From: Selaginella moellendorffii
Lineage: Eukaryota > Plantae > Lycopodiophyta
Direction of reading: 5' to 3'
DNA length: 64,000 nt
Assembly (NCBI RefSeq): GCF_000143415.4
Contig: NW_003314266.1
Span: 3,232,398-3,296,397 of the forward strand
Position 1 is the stretch's first letter; each line of letters begins with the position of its first letter. The notes beneath the pieces are model-generated. The model saw nothing but the letters and a program-made list of their open reading frames with translations, did no database searches and was not told the origin of the DNA. The translations under genes and the position numbers were made by a program. Below are positions 63,272 to 64,000 of the stretch, piece by piece.

Positions 63272-64000
63272 CCGGTCTCGGTCTCGACTTCGGACTCCAT
63301 CTCGGACTCCATCTTGGACTCCATCTCGGGTCCATCTCGGGTCCATCTCGAACTCCATCTCGGACTCCATCTTGGGTCCATCTCAGACTCCATCTCGGAC
63401 TCCATTTCGGGTCCATCTCGGGTCCACCTCGGACTCCATCTCGGACTCCATCTCGGACTCCATCTCGGGTCCATCTCGGACTCCACTTCGGACTCCAACT
63501 CGGGTCCATCTCGGGTCCACCTCGGACTCCACTCCATGGTTCTCTCCTTTTATTGGTTTAGTTCTCGCTAAACCTCTTAGAGACCCTTCTCTAAGTCAAT
63601 CCCACTACTCCTTCTCGAGTAGTCTCAATTTCCATCGATATAACCTTTGCACTTTGGAACTTTGAATTTTGACTTCTTGGAGTCAATTTCCTAGGTGTCT
63701 CCAACACCTTGCATTGCACAAATTGTGTGACTCCACTTCCCTATCCTAGGAAGTTCATTACTTGAGGGCACCATCATCCTCTCTTCTATTTCGTGCCACC
63801 TTGGGCACTAAGTTCCATTTATCACACTTTGTGCTAGGGTTGTCCATCGCCCTATCATTTGGCTACCTTACCGCTCCCTCCCTTGGAGCTTCCACTTTCG
63901 CCAAATCGGAGCAATTCGGAATCCCTCCTTGGAAACACACTTCCTTTCCCGCAACTTATTAGCGTCCAACACATTAGTGTTCCTCGCCTAACTTTGTCAC
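62112..64000 (-). mobile_element. Second family-F copy: LTR 62112-~63535, fused by deletion to internal sequence
   Basis: Colinear with 57333-~58750, then jumps to sequence matching 59363+. Confidence 0.78.

Overview
This is eukaryotic, almost certainly plant, transposon-nested DNA with no intact ordinary host gene. The 47-56 bp GT-AG introns, TTTAGGG repeats and self-priming Tcn1-type chromoviruses suggest a non-seed plant such as a lycophyte; that assignment is inference. The background is nested Ty3/Gypsy LTR retrotransposons: one near-complete Tcn1-like element, a split older copy, a Met-primed chromovirus with non-coding relatives, a satellite-bearing LTR family and a 394-bp TRIM. The main discovery is a family of large cut-and-paste DNA transposons. 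Two copies lie in opposite orientation (7897-20332 and 34278-47775), each with 24-bp TIRs (AAGCTCTATTTCGTTAAAGTGGGA) and a 4-bp TSD, and a 288-bp MITE (103-390) has near-identical ends. Each copy carries a Sola/DUF7869-like DDD transposase and, divergently, a multi-exon cargo gene. The cargo gene appears to fuse a ParB/Srx-like domain, a degenerate beta-class N4/N6 DNA-methyltransferase-like fold, an acidic tract and an FCP1/NIF-like HAD phosphatase domain. About 20 copies of a ~22-bp palindrome are scattered through each element, often inside its introns, and the MITE keeps two. Copy 2 has a spacer-less 632-bp hairpin over the transposase 5' end, reminiscent of Mu killer. All domain calls come from motif recognition by eye and need HMM or structure confirmation.
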